64,000 nucleotides of DNA, taken from an uncultured Planctomycetota bacterium (GTDB lineage: Bacteria; Planctomycetota; Planctomycetia; Isosphaerales; Isosphaeraceae). Of this stretch, positions 10,919 to 20,883 are shown in pieces. Every line of letters begins with the position of its first letter. Within the stretch, counting starts at the first letter, position 1. Location: assembly GCA_963823665.1 (NCBI GenBank), contig CAWGMQ010000003.1, positions 352,001 to 416,000 on the forward strand. The letters run 5' to 3'. Position numbers and translations under genes: made by a program. The notes beneath the pieces were generated by a model. The model saw only the letters and a list, made by a program, of their open reading frames with translations, did no database searches and had not been told where the DNA came from.

Positions 10919-11172
10919 CGTCAGTTGCTCGCCTGGAGGGGGGTCACCTCGCAATCCGACCCAGGAGCGCGAGGTCGCTTGAAAAAGTCGCTGACAGCGA
11001 GGCTGCTGGATATCTAGTTGAATAGGCGACACCGTCGAGCCGTGCGGCCCAAGGGGATCTCGGCATGAGGCTGGTGTCTGTTGCGAAGAGTTACATGGTA
11101 AACGGACCTGGGAGATTACGCAATTCCGGAAGATTGCCACGGACGTTCTCTGCCATCGAGAGCGGTCGTCGC

Positions 11173-12603
11173 TCACGTGTCGCCCTTGCGCTTTGCTTCC
11201 TCCCAGATCGGGCCGTAGACCTCCTTGTCGAAGGGGGGGCAGCCGGTGGCGAACTGACCGAGTGCGTTGTGCTTGGATCGCATGAGCGCGGTGCAGAAGC
11301 TGAACGTGCGGCAGAGACGCCTGGGATCGAGCGGCCGGCCTTCCGCGAGGCTGCGGGCGAAGTCGGGCTGGGAGAGCGCTCCTCGTCCGATGCCGACGAA
11401 ACCGGCGCGGCCGTCGACGATATTCGCGGCCCCGGCACGAAAGGCAAACTCTTGAAGCCAGCTATAGCCCGAGCCGACGACTGTGAGAGACGGAAACCTC
11501 TTCTGCACCAATGACGTACACGCGAAATGGCGGGCGACGCCCAGGAGCGGATGCTCGGGCGTCTCGTAGCCATCGGGAGGCGGGTTTTCGAATGGCCTCA
11601 GCAGATGCGGGCTGGCATAGGGGTTACCCAGCGAGACGTTGACCAGGCTCACACCCAGCTCGAGCAGGAGCTCGATCAATCGCAGGGGCTCGTCCATGTC
11701 GGGCCGGAACGGGTCGAGCGGGTCGGTTCCCCAGACGGTCTGGACGGGCGGATCGAACGCACACGGCACGCCGAGGCCGTCCGGGCCTTTGGCGTAGGGC
11801 AAACCGTCAAACACGTTGAGCCGGGTGGCCAGCATGAGGCGCGGGGAATTCTCGCGGATCCTGGCAGCGACTTCGCGGATGAATCTCGTGCGGTTTTCGA
11901 GCGATCCGCCGTACTTGCCGGGGCGCAGCCTGGCCGAGAGCAGCTCGTTCAGGAGGTAACGATGGCACTGCTTCAAGTCGACGAAATCGAAACCGGCGCG
12001 AGCCGCCAGCGCGGCCGCAGCCACGTAGCGGTCTTGTAGTGAGTCGAGCTCGAAATCGGAAATCAACGGGAAATCGGGCCCAGCGGTTGCGCCCTTGTGC
12101 TTGTCAACGATCGTGTGCGGATCGAGGAGCGGATCGTGCTGGGCGAGGATCGGGCGAGCGAATGAGTAGCGCCCGGAATGCGTGAGCTGGAGGCCGACCA
12201 GGAGGTCGTCATCGCGCCCGTTGGCTTCCAGGTGGGCTGTGCGGGCCAGATGAACGAGCCGTGAGTACGATTCGCAATTCCTTTCGTCGATGACGAGCTG
12301 GCGGGGATTGGCCCTGCCTTCGGGAACGACGGCACAGGCTTCGCCCCAGATGAGTTTGGCGCCGCCGGCGCCGAAGCGTTTGAAGCGGCGGATGGTCAGC
12401 TCTCCGGGCGAGCCGTCCGGTTCGGCGTCGCAGCCTTCCATGGGCTGGATCGCCAGGCGATTGCCGACCGAGCGGCCGGCGATTGTCGCTGGAAGGAACA
12501 GCGGGCTCAAGTCGTCGCTCAAGCGGATGTCGGCGTCGACTCCCAGGGCGCTCGCTTCGGCGAGCAGTGCATCAGCCGTCTTGTATTTGAAGTAGCGAGA
12601 CAC
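11173..12603 (-). CDS. NADH:flavin oxidoreductase (old yellow enzyme family)
   Basis: NRLAIQPMEGCD, LQLTHSGR, AGFDFVDLKQCHRYLLNELLS, YGGSLENRTRF. Confidence 0.9.
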   Translation of the reverse strand: MSRYFKYKTADALLAEASALGVDADIRLSDDLSPLFLPATIAGRSVGNRLAIQPMEGCDAEPDGSPGELTIRRFKRFGAGGAKLIWGEACAVVPEGRANPRQLVIDERNCESYSRLVHLARTAHLEANGRDDDLLVGLQLTHSGRYSFARPILAQHDPLLDPHTIVDKHKGATAGPDFPLISDFELDSLQDRYVAAAALAARAGFDFVDLKQCHRYLLNELLSARLRPGKYGGSLENRTRFIREVAARIRENSPRLMLATRLNVFDGLPYAKGPDGLGVPCAFDPPVQTVWGTDPLDPFRPDMDEPLRLIELLLELGVSLVNVSLGNPYASPHLLRPFENPPPDGYETPEHPLLGVARHFACTSLVQKRFPSLTVVGSGYSWLQEFAFRAGAANIVDGRAGFVGIGRGALSQPDFARSLAEGRPLDPRRLCRTFSFCTALMRSKHNALGQFATGCPPFDKEVYGPIWEEAKRKGDT

Positions 12604-12814
12604 GCGGGTTGCTCAAATGGTGCGTTGCCTGGGAGGCCTGCCATGCTTTGCTTCGGGGAGTATCGTGGCAGATTTGGTACAGAGCCTGCAAGCGAAAGGG
12701 TGCCTTGACCGGCTAAAATGGTGCCGCCCGGGCTGACTGTCGGCGGGGCGGTCGCGTGCCCGTTCCGGCGATGCGGGCGCGGGGGCAAACCGGTCTCCAA
12801 TCGAGGAGGAAACC

Positions 12815-14206
12815 ATGTCTGTCGCGGAAGAATACGACCTGGTCGTCCTGGGCAGTGGTGCGCCCGGCAAGCTTCTTGCCTGGACACTGGCCGCGCAGGG
12901 GAAGCGCCTGGCGGTGATCGAGCGGCGGTATGTCGGGGGGTCGTGCCCGAACATCGCGTGCCTTCCGAGCAAGAACGTGATCCACGGCGCGAAGGTTGCC
13001 AGCTTGTTGCGCAGGGGCGGCGAGTTCGGCGTCGCGAGCGACCACTGGAAAGGGAAGGTCGATATGGCCGCCGTTCGCGACCGCAAGCGGAAGATGGTGG
13101 AGGGGCTGGTCGCAATCCATCAGGCGAAGTACCGCGAGAGCGGCGCGGAGCTCATCATGGGCAGCGGCCGCTTCGTGGCGCCGAAGACGATCGAGGTCGC
13201 GATCAACGCGGGCGGGCTGCGAACGCTCCGTGGCAAGACCGTGATCATCAACACCGGGACGCGCGCAAGGATCGATGAGACCCCGGGCCTCAAGGAGTCG
13301 GGCCCGCTGACTCATGTCGAGGCCCTGGACCTGGACCACCTTCCGGAACACTTGATCGTTCTGGGTGGCGGCTACGTGGGCCTCGAGCTGGCGCAGGCGT
13401 TTCGCCGGTTCGGCAGCCGGGTGACGGTGGTCGAGCGGAACGGCTCGCTGATCCATCGCGAAGACCCGGACGTGACCGAAGCGATCGAGCGACTCATGCG
13501 AGACGAGGGAATCGGGGTGCTGACCGGGACTGCCGTCGCGCGAGTCGAGGGGAGATCAGGGCAGTCCGTTCGCCTGCATGCGGCGCACGGCGTGATTGAA
13601 GGGACGGACCTCCTCGTCGCCGGAGGGCGCACGCCGAACACCGACGGCATCGGGCTCGAGAAGGCCGGAGTCGAGACGGACGAGCGAGGGCACGTCAAGG
13701 TGAACGAGCGGTTGCAGACCACCGCGAAGGACGTCTGGGCGGCGGGCGACTGTGCCGGCAGCCCTTATTTCACCCATATCGGAGTCGACGACTTCCGCGT
13801 GGTGCTCGCGAATCTTACGGGCGGGAGCCGCGTGACGACCGGGCGGCAAGTGCCGTACTGCTTGTTCACTGATCCGGAGCTGGCCCGGGTTGGCCTGAGC
13901 GAACGGGAGGCACGCGAGCGCGGCGTGGGATACCGCCTGTTCCAGATCCCGATGGAAGCCGTGCTGCGCTGCCGGACGATTTCGGAGACGCGGGGGTTTC
14001 TCAAGGCACTCGTCGAGAAAGGAGGCGACCGCATCCTCGGGTTCACGGCATTCGGGGCCGAGGCGGGCGAACTCCTGGCCGCTGTCCAGGTCGCGATGGC
14101 GGCTGGCTTGCCGTACACGGCGCTCTCGGACGCCGTGATGACACACCCGACGATGAGCGAGGGGCTCACCGAGCTGTTCTCGTCCGTCCCGCGGGCTGAC
14201 GGCTGA
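12815..14206 (+). CDS. Class I pyridine nucleotide-disulfide oxidoreductase (RclA/YkgC- or MerA-like, no C-terminal Cys pair)
   Basis: GSGAPG FAD motif, GGSCPNIACLPSK redox pair, GGGYVGLE, AAGD, HPTMSE; GAGGAGG RBS. Confidence 0.9.
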   Translation: MSVAEEYDLVVLGSGAPGKLLAWTLAAQGKRLAVIERRYVGGSCPNIACLPSKNVIHGAKVASLLRRGGEFGVASDHWKGKVDMAAVRDRKRKMVEGLVAIHQAKYRESGAELIMGSGRFVAPKTIEVAINAGGLRTLRGKTVIINTGTRARIDETPGLKESGPLTHVEALDLDHLPEHLIVLGGGYVGLELAQAFRRFGSRVTVVERNGSLIHREDPDVTEAIERLMRDEGIGVLTGTAVARVEGRSGQSVRLHAAHGVIEGTDLLVAGGRTPNTDGIGLEKAGVETDERGHVKVNERLQTTAKDVWAAGDCAGSPYFTHIGVDDFRVVLANLTGGSRVTTGRQVPYCLFTDPELARVGLSEREARERGVGYRLFQIPMEAVLRCRTISETRGFLKALVEKGGDRILGFTAFGAEAGELLAAVQVAMAAGLPYTALSDAVMTHPTMSEGLTELFSSVPRADG

Positions 14207-14253
14207 ATGGGCGGATTGGAAAGCTGTTACGTGGTCCGTTCAGAATTTCACTG

Positions 14254-14596
14254 TCAGAGCGGGTCGGGCTCGACCGGCAGCCATGGGAAGTGCGCGGCCC
14301 GTTCGTACTTGAGTCTCATCGCATCGTGATACTTGACCATGGCCGGCACGAACGGCGGCCCGTCGGGCCAGGGGTAACTCGCGGGCTTTCCGATGCGTTG
14401 TGACCTCCAGCGCTCCTCCCAGTACCTGATCGAGTCCGGTGAGGTGAGCACAAACGCCCTGAAACTCGCATGACCGGCAGCCTTTTCTAGATAGCGCCGG
14501 CGCGGTCCAGTAGCGAATGATTCCAAACGCCAGTGCCGCGAACGCTACCACCATCATCAGGCGCCGAACCGTGAATAAGACGCGGGGGATCATCAT
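14254..14596 (-). CDS. Small planctomycete-type membrane-anchored protein (frameshift near 14500)
   Basis: LFTVRRLMMVVAFAALAFG N-terminus in one frame; KYERAAHFPWLPVEPDP C-terminus in the adjacent frame. Confidence 0.7.
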
Positions 14597-14795
14597 TGCG
14601 CCGGTCTCAGGCCGCCCAATGCACGTGACGTCGGTAGTCGACATTGCTAGCCACCCTTTATCATGGGCCGATCCGTTCCGGATTCAGTCATTATCGTCCC
14701 ACTGCCAAGCGTGCGCGCCAACTGTTGTTGACGGGCCGCGAGGAATCACTGAGGCGTGAGGACGACCCGGCGGTGTGATCTTGCAAGGACTGACG

Positions 14796-17411
14796 ATGCG
14801 ACTGCGCAAGCTGATTATCTCGTCGGGGGTCGGGCTCGAGACCCGCGGGATAGGTCTGATTGTCCTCGCGGCCGCGATTCTGTTCTGGCTCTGGCCGATC
14901 GGGGTGGGCGGCGCGATGCCCGCCGGCGGCGATGTTACGCAGTTCTTTCTGGGTTTGATGGCGTTCTACGGGAACTCGCTCGCGGAGGGAAGGCTGCCGG
15001 TATGGAACGACCTCTGGGGTTACGGCTTTCCCGGGCTGGCGGAAAGTCAGATGGGTGTGTTCTACCCGGTTCACCTCATTTTGTACCGCTGGCTGAACAC
15101 GGAGGCGGCGTATGTCGTGAGCTTGGTGGCACATACCCTCTGGGGGGGTCTGGGCGCTTACTGGATGGGGCGGCGGATCGGGACTTCTCGGACGGGCTCT
15201 ACGCTGGCGGCGTTCTGCTGGACGACGTGTGGGTTCTTCCTCGTGCACCTCGCCCACCCCTGGGGATACACCGCAGGATGCTGGATGCCGTGGGCGTGGG
15301 GACTGGGGTTCCGGCTTGTCGCCGGCGACGGAATCGTGAGGCCGAGTGACCCACTCCTTCTGGCACTCGTCCTGGCCGTGCAGCTTCTGCCGGGCCATTT
15401 TCAATTGGCGTTTATCACTCAATGCGGACTGATGTTGATGGTGGGGTGGGCGGCGATCGAGCGATTGGCGAGGCCGGCCTCTCGCGGACCGGAGCTGGAA
15501 ACATCCGGGCCGCCGTTCCATCCACGAGGGGCTGTGATCGCTCTTCTCATGCTCGCCTGGGCGTTTCCACTGGCGGCCGTTCAGCTCGTGCCGACGGCGC
15601 GGCTGGCGCAGCTCGCCGGGCTGCACCGCGAATTCGGGTACTTGTCCGACTTTGCGTCACCGCCCTCCCATCTTGTCAATTACGTCACCCCGGGGCTGTT
15701 TCATCGCTCGCCGTTGTGGCGGCCGTTGGTGTGGGATCCGTTTCACGCGATGCCGGAGGAACACCTGACGTACGTGGGGCTGGTACCGCTTTTCCTGGCT
15801 TGCATGACCGTGCTGCGCGAATGGCGCCGGGACGCGAGCGTGCGGCTGCTGGGAATTCTCGCGGTCACGGCCCTCGTGCTCAGCATGGGTCCGTACGTTC
15901 CGGGATTCCGCTATCTGATCATGCTTCCGGGTTTTTCCTTTTTTCGGGCGCCATCGCGCTGGAGCGTGGCCACTGCGCTGGCGCTGGCGCTACTCGCCGG
16001 GAAGGGATTCGATCGCTGGGGCGAATGGGTGCGGCCGGGACGCTCATTGCGACGGCTCGTGGTGATCTCGATTTGCTGGGTGGCCGTGACCCTGAGCTTG
16101 ATCGAGATGGCCGTTTCTTGCACGAGCCAATCAGGATGGCCGGAGGTCTCGCGCGGCTTCCAAAAGGTGTTTTCGGCGCTTCCATGGAAGGGAGAACCGA
16201 GCTTCGCGACCATACTGGCACAGGCGCATCGGCCTTTGGCGGACCGGCGCATCGGGTCCGGGCCATCTCAGACGATCCTCGCGCGCAGGCCCGCGGGAGA
16301 GCGGATCTTTGCGGAACAGCGGTTTCACATCTACACCCGGGAGCTCGGTGAGGCGGTCGCGCTCGTTGTGCTGGTGCTCGTCCTGGCCACGATGAGCAAC
16401 CGTGGATGGCTGGCGGCTCGGTGGATCAAGCACGCACTGCTCTTTCTCACCTTTCTGGATCTTTGGGTGCTGGGTCTGCATCGGCTGGTCGAGGTGGTAC
16501 CGTGCAGGCCGCTGGTGGAGCAGAGCCCAGTGCTTGCGAGGCTGGCGCGAGAGCCGCGTGGAACTCGAATCGCGGACCGCCGGCTTCGAAACCTGCCGAT
16601 GAGGCTGGGACTCGCTCCGATCTCGGCCTATCGCACACTCGATCTGCCGGTGGTGGGGTCAATGACGGAGCGGGCACTGGGGTCGCTCGCCGAGCCGCAG
16701 ATTGCGGGGGATGTTCACGGGGCACTGCGCGCCACCGGGACCGGAATACGGTTGATCGACCCGATTGAGAATCGCGAAGACGAGGTGCTTCGCGGCGTGA
16801 AGGCGGATCGAGAAATGATCGAGGATCCAGTCCTGGCGAGCTTTATCTTCGACGCGTCGTGGGTTGCGGAGCAGGCACCCTGGGCGCAGCGATTCTCGAT
16901 CTTGCGGCTGGAAACGCCTCCGACTCGTGCGTGGTTCGTGAGCGGGTTCGACGTGGCCAAAGCTCGGATTGTGAATGAATGGTCAGGTGATCCTCGCCAC
17001 GTCCTTAATTTGCTTCGCAGTGCCGCGCCGCTTTCGGTCGAATCGCGAACGCCGGAAAGGTGGACGATTTCGATCGAGGCGTCGGGGCCGGGCTGGGCGA
17101 TCGTCACCCAGCTCGCCGATCCGCAGTGGAAAGCCACATGCGTTAATCAGGATCACTCGTGGAAAACGGAACCGCAGATCCGGCCGGCGTTTCACTCATT
17201 GCGCGAGCCCTTGGGCTGGCAGTGCATTGCGGTGCCTGGTGCGGGGCGCTGGACACTGCACCTTGAGTACGAAGCGAACGATGTCCGAATGGGATTCATG
17301 ATTTCGGCGATCGCGTGGGCTGTATGGTTGGTGGTTGCGATCTGGACTGGCGTTCAAATGTTGCACAGCGGGAGCGGTTCAGGGCGCAATGCGTTTCTTA
17401 ACAATTCATGA
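14796..17411 (+). CDS. YfhO-like polytopic membrane protein (putative GT-C glycosyltransferase)
   Basis: GRLPVWNDLWGYGFPGLAESQMGVFYP, LPGHFQ, YVGL, FRAPSRW and the C-terminal PQWKA region typical of YfhO-like proteins. Confidence 0.8.
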   Translation: MRLRKLIISSGVGLETRGIGLIVLAAAILFWLWPIGVGGAMPAGGDVTQFFLGLMAFYGNSLAEGRLPVWNDLWGYGFPGLAESQMGVFYPVHLILYRWLNTEAAYVVSLVAHTLWGGLGAYWMGRRIGTSRTGSTLAAFCWTTCGFFLVHLAHPWGYTAGCWMPWAWGLGFRLVAGDGIVRPSDPLLLALVLAVQLLPGHFQLAFITQCGLMLMVGWAAIERLARPASRGPELETSGPPFHPRGAVIALLMLAWAFPLAAVQLVPTARLAQLAGLHREFGYLSDFASPPSHLVNYVTPGLFHRSPLWRPLVWDPFHAMPEEHLTYVGLVPLFLACMTVLREWRRDASVRLLGILAVTALVLSMGPYVPGFRYLIMLPGFSFFRAPSRWSVATALALALLAGKGFDRWGEWVRPGRSLRRLVVISICWVAVTLSLIEMAVSCTSQSGWPEVSRGFQKVFSALPWKGEPSFATILAQAHRPLADRRIGSGPSQTILARRPAGERIFAEQRFHIYTRELGEAVALVVLVLVLATMSNRGWLAARWIKHALLFLTFLDLWVLGLHRLVEVVPCRPLVEQSPVLARLAREPRGTRIADRRLRNLPMRLGLAPISAYRTLDLPVVGSMTERALGSLAEPQIAGDVHGALRATGTGIRLIDPIENREDEVLRGVKADREMIEDPVLASFIFDASWVAEQAPWAQRFSILRLETPPTRAWFVSGFDVAKARIVNEWSGDPRHVLNLLRSAAPLSVESRTPERWTISIEASGPGWAIVTQLADPQWKATCVNQDHSWKTEPQIRPAFHSLREPLGWQCIAVPGAGRWTLHLEYEANDVRMGFMISAIAWAVWLVVAIWTGVQMLHSGSGSGRNAFLNNS

Positions 17412-19040
17412 TCGAGCAGTCGTGAATCTCGCCGGGCATACGGACTGGTCAAACAGAAGTCCATGTTTTTTCAGCTTCTTATAGAGAGTGGTGCGGTTGA
17501 TATCCAGAACGCGTGCGGCCTGCTTGAGATTCCAGTCAACGGCTTGGAGGGCCTCGCTGATGATCTTTTTCTCCGGCTCTACTAAAGCTTCCTTCAGAGG
17601 CCGAATGCGCGTGCGTAGACAGGTCCGGGGCGTGGAAGTGCCAACGAGTCCTGATCGGGGACGATCGATGCTAGACGCCAGATGGCGTGAAGTGATCCGT
17701 GGACCGTTGCAGATCGCAACCGCGAGTTTTATCGCGGCCTCGAGCTCGCGGATGTTGCCGGGCCAGTCGTGCCGTCCTAGCAGGTCGAGTGCACCACGTG
17801 TGAATCCCGCCACGGGCTTTTCGAATTCGTGAGCATAGCGGGCGCGGAATGAATCGGCCAGCAGCGGGGCATCGGTCCGCCTATGTCTCAGCGGTGGCAG
17901 CATGAGGCTCACGATGCTGACACGATGAAAGAGTTCGTGTTGGAGCAGCCCTTGGTCGATGAGGAGCGGGAGGTTTTCGCTGGTGGACATCACGAACCGC
18001 ACCTCGCCGAGCGGCTGAGAACGTTCGGTTGTCGCATCGAAATCGCGGACTTGCAATTCTCGGTACAGGCCAGGCTGGAGCACCATGGACAGTCCGGCGA
18101 CCTCACGGATATAGAACGTTCCGCCTCGGGCCTCGCCCAGCTTCTGGCCCCAGGCTTGCGAGAGGCTCGCCGCGCTCGAGGCAAAAGCGCCCTGACTCTC
18201 GTTTTCTCTCGCTGCGAATCCGTCGAGCAAGGTCGACGCCTCGATGGCGACAAACGGAAGATGGGCGCGTTGCCCCAGCGCGTGAAGCAATCGGGCGACA
18301 CGGGCCTTGCCTGTGCCGCGCTCACCGACCAACAGGACCGACGCGGATGTCGGCGCAAGGGCGCTGGCCAGCTCGAGAACCTGACGCCAGGTCGGGTGGT
18401 TACCGATCAAGCCGAAATCGTGTGAGATCTTTTCGATTGGCGGCGACGAATTGACCGCGGCGACGTGCAGGGTCATGGCCTGTGAGGAAGAGGCCCCGAA
18501 CAATTCAGACGATGACGCCGGCACGCTTGAGCCGCCAGACTCGGTGTCGGGATTCCGTGCGAGAGCCGGCGTCATACTCGGGGGCGGGATGGGTCTGGCG
18601 ACGGCGTGCGAACGAGGTGCTGGTGGCGAGGATGACGCCGCGGCCACGGAAGCCGGCTCACCTTGCCGCATCTCGCATTGCTCGAGCGATTGCAAGACGG
18701 CGGCCTGCAACTCCGTTGCCGGTACCGGATAAGCGAGCACCGCCGTTGCGCCGAGTCGGAGTGCCTCTTTGGCCCGAACGGCGTGGAGGTCCGGGAACAG
18801 TAGAATGACGGGTAGCTGACGATCGTTGAGTCGAAGGAGTGCAAGGAGCTCGCGCATGTCGCCGTCGCCTTGGTCAACTCCGGCCAGTACCAGGTCGAAG
18901 TCGTTCTGCTCCATCAGGCGAGCGGCTACTTGATTACTGGTCGTTTGCTCAATGACGCGCCCTGGCGATTTCAACATCGAGGTCAACAGGCCGAGTCCCG
19001 CGGGATGCGGGTAGACGATCAGGATTCGGATCCCAGGCAT
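17406..19040 (-). CDS. NtrC-like sigma54-activator homologue with degenerate catalytic motifs
   Basis: Receiver-like N-terminus; GERGTGKA, LPPLRHR, HDWPGNIREL; Fis-type HTH AARVLDINRTTLYKKL; GAFTGA and Walker B altered. Confidence 0.85.
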   Translation of the reverse strand: MPGIRILIVYPHPAGLGLLTSMLKSPGRVIEQTTSNQVAARLMEQNDFDLVLAGVDQGDGDMRELLALLRLNDRQLPVILLFPDLHAVRAKEALRLGATAVLAYPVPATELQAAVLQSLEQCEMRQGEPASVAAASSSPPAPRSHAVARPIPPPSMTPALARNPDTESGGSSVPASSSELFGASSSQAMTLHVAAVNSSPPIEKISHDFGLIGNHPTWRQVLELASALAPTSASVLLVGERGTGKARVARLLHALGQRAHLPFVAIEASTLLDGFAARENESQGAFASSAASLSQAWGQKLGEARGGTFYIREVAGLSMVLQPGLYRELQVRDFDATTERSQPLGEVRFVMSTSENLPLLIDQGLLQHELFHRVSIVSLMLPPLRHRRTDAPLLADSFRARYAHEFEKPVAGFTRGALDLLGRHDWPGNIRELEAAIKLAVAICNGPRITSRHLASSIDRPRSGLVGTSTPRTCLRTRIRPLKEALVEPEKKIISEALQAVDWNLKQAARVLDINRTTLYKKLKKHGLLFDQSVCPARFTTARS

Positions 19041-19133
19041 TCGCTCTCTCGCTCCCGGATGATGTCACGATCTGGTGCAATCGCCAAGTATTGCGCGTCA
19101 GGCATTGCGTCCGGCGGTTTCGATCAACGAACG

Positions 19134-19181
19134 AAAAAAGCCGGCGTGGGCGAACACTTGAGAGTGTGCGCCCACGCCGGC
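19134..19181 (-). terminator. Rho-independent terminator
   Basis: Minus strand GCCGGCGTGGGCG-C-ACACT-CTCA-AGTGT-T-CGCCCACGCCGGC followed by TTTTTT (13+5 bp stem). Confidence 0.85.
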
Positions 19182-19246
19182 CTACTCTTTGACAAGCCCC
19201 CCGGCACGGCCGGAGTGCTTCTCATCTAGTCTTCCGACGAGAATCG
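19134..19246 (-). ncRNA. Candidate small RNA or attenuator leader (about 113 nt)
   Basis: Bracketed by a sigma70-like promoter and a terminator; two further hairpins; no family recognised. Confidence 0.5.
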
Positions 19247-19252
19247 ACAGGC

Positions 19253-19280
19253 ATTATATCGAGGCGGGAGTGGATCACAA
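19253..19280 (-). promoter_or_regulatory. Sigma70-like promoter TTGTGA-N16-TATAAT
   Basis: Perfect TATAAT (19253-19258, minus strand) in a GC-rich background. Confidence 0.6.
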
Positions 19281-19340
19281 GAAATTCTTCAGATAAATCG
19301 AAGCTCCAAGTTTTTACGCGGACCTGGCAACCGAACTTGG

Positions 19341-19460
19341 TCCGCCACGGAGGATCGGCTGCGGATCTTGGCGGCTTGGCGCGCGAGTACGACGAATGTC
19401 GCCTGGAATGCATTTTCTGCATCGTGCGCGTCACGCAGGATCGTGCGGCAAACGCGGACG
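19341..19460 (-). pseudogene. Fragment of an ECF sigma factor region 2
   Basis: VCRTILRDAHDAENAFQATFVVLARQAAKIR resembles planctomycete ECF region 2; no start or region 4 nearby. Confidence 0.7.
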
Positions 19461-19703
19461 CCGGGCTCCGCCCTGCGGCGGCCTCTGAGTTTGTGTGCGC
19501 CTCGGGGTTTGGCGAGTAAGAAAAGCCGCGGCGGGGACTTCGCGCGAGAACGCTGGATTTCGCGTCGATTGCCTCGGACACACACACTTGGAACCGATGG
19601 ACTGCCAGGCTAAGCTGGAGACACCGGACGAGGGCGTAAAAGCGTGCGCGACTGGACGCAGCAAGGAACTCTTGTGGGCGAACTCATGCGTCCAAGCAGG
19701 ACC

Positions 19704-20255
19704 ATGAAGCCACTTCGGCGATTCAACCTGGCGGACGGGATGTCCTTGGTCGCGGCCACGGCGGTTGCGTTTGCGTTCATTCAATTCCAGGGACTGCCGT
19801 GGATTCTCGCGGAGAAGTGGTTTCCGCCCAAGGATAACATCCTGCGCCCACCGGAAGATGGAGACCTGGCTGCCCTCGTCTCATCATTTCTCATCCCCTG
19901 GACGATCGCCTTATTGTTCCTCCAGTTCCAGAGACCGAGACCCTCACGCCGCCGCCTCTTCATGCGGCCGGGGTTCGCCGCTTGCGCAATTGCAACTGCG
20001 ATGATCGTGTTTCTTTGTCTGGACGAGTATCGTCAATCCGTGTTTGCTTATCGGACTTTCACGGCTCCTGGTTTCCACACCGTGATCGCCCTGAATTATC
20101 GCATCTCCATATCCTTTGCGACGGTGGGGCTCTGGATGATCCTGGCCGCTTGTGGACGATGGCACGCGGAGCCGAGCTGGATCGACCGAGCCGGCCGGGT
20201 GGTGGGAACTCTCTGGATCATTCTGATCCCGATCCGGTGGTTCTCGCCCGTTTGA
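19704..20255 (+). CDS. Hypothetical membrane protein (planctomycete type)
   Basis: RRFNLADGMSLVAATAVAF, RPRPSRRRLFMRPGFAAC, WHAEPSWIDRAGRVVG. Confidence 0.75.
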   Translation: MKPLRRFNLADGMSLVAATAVAFAFIQFQGLPWILAEKWFPPKDNILRPPEDGDLAALVSSFLIPWTIALLFLQFQRPRPSRRRLFMRPGFAACAIATAMIVFLCLDEYRQSVFAYRTFTAPGFHTVIALNYRISISFATVGLWMILAACGRWHAEPSWIDRAGRVVGTLWIILIPIRWFSPV

Positions 20256-20883
20256 ACCTGACGCTTGCGGTGGGCGTTTCGTCCTTGAGGCTCGTGAGTA
20301 GTGCTTCCAGCTCCCGCAGCCGTGGTTCAAGCTCGGATCGGACGGAGCACTGGTTAAGCCAGTAGATAGAGGCGAATACGAGCACCATGATAGCGACCGT
20401 CAGCGTGGCACCGATAGCCGTCGGCCAGCCGCCGGACCGTTCCTGCCAGGCGATCTGGCCGAAGAAAGGCAGCGCCGAAAGGCCGAGAGGCAGCAGATAC
20501 CACCAGAGCACATTGCGGAGCAACGAGATTTGACGCTCAACCTGCGCCAGCAAGCTCGCGGCGTGCCGGCGGAGCGGTTCGCCTGGCCCAGGGAGCTGCC
20601 GATGGTGACGCATCCGGTCGGCCAGCATGTACGAGGCAACCCACAGCATGGCCGGAACCATCAAGTACCATGTCCAAGGCAAAGAGAACTTGACCCCGAT
20701 GTAAAGCCACAAGGGCACCATCAGAAGAGCTACACCAACTTCACGAACATCCCGCCAAAAAATACCGGCGGTGAAACATCGCTCCTGGCGCTCCAGATCC
20801 TTCAGGAGTTGATCGGCATCGACGGACAGACGGGATTGCGACGATTGCGTCTTCCAGGCTTGTTTGAGCATGTCAGGATCCAT
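20218..20883 (-). CDS. Membrane protein, putative anti-sigma partner of the adjacent ECF
   Basis: MDPDMLKQAWK start overlaps the ECF stop; about 4 TM segments; QISLLRNVLWWYLLP. Confidence 0.75.
   Translation of the reverse strand: MDPDMLKQAWKTQSSQSRLSVDADQLLKDLERQERCFTAGIFWRDVREVGVALLMVPLWLYIGVKFSLPWTWYLMVPAMLWVASYMLADRMRHHRQLPGPGEPLRRHAASLLAQVERQISLLRNVLWWYLLPLGLSALPFFGQIAWQERSGGWPTAIGATLTVAIMVLVFASIYWLNQCSVRSELEPRLRELEALLTSLKDETPTASVRFKRARTTGSGSE

Noticed and set aside
12815..14206. Mercuric reductase merA
   Set aside because: No NmerA domain, no C-terminal Cys-Cys and no mer operon genes
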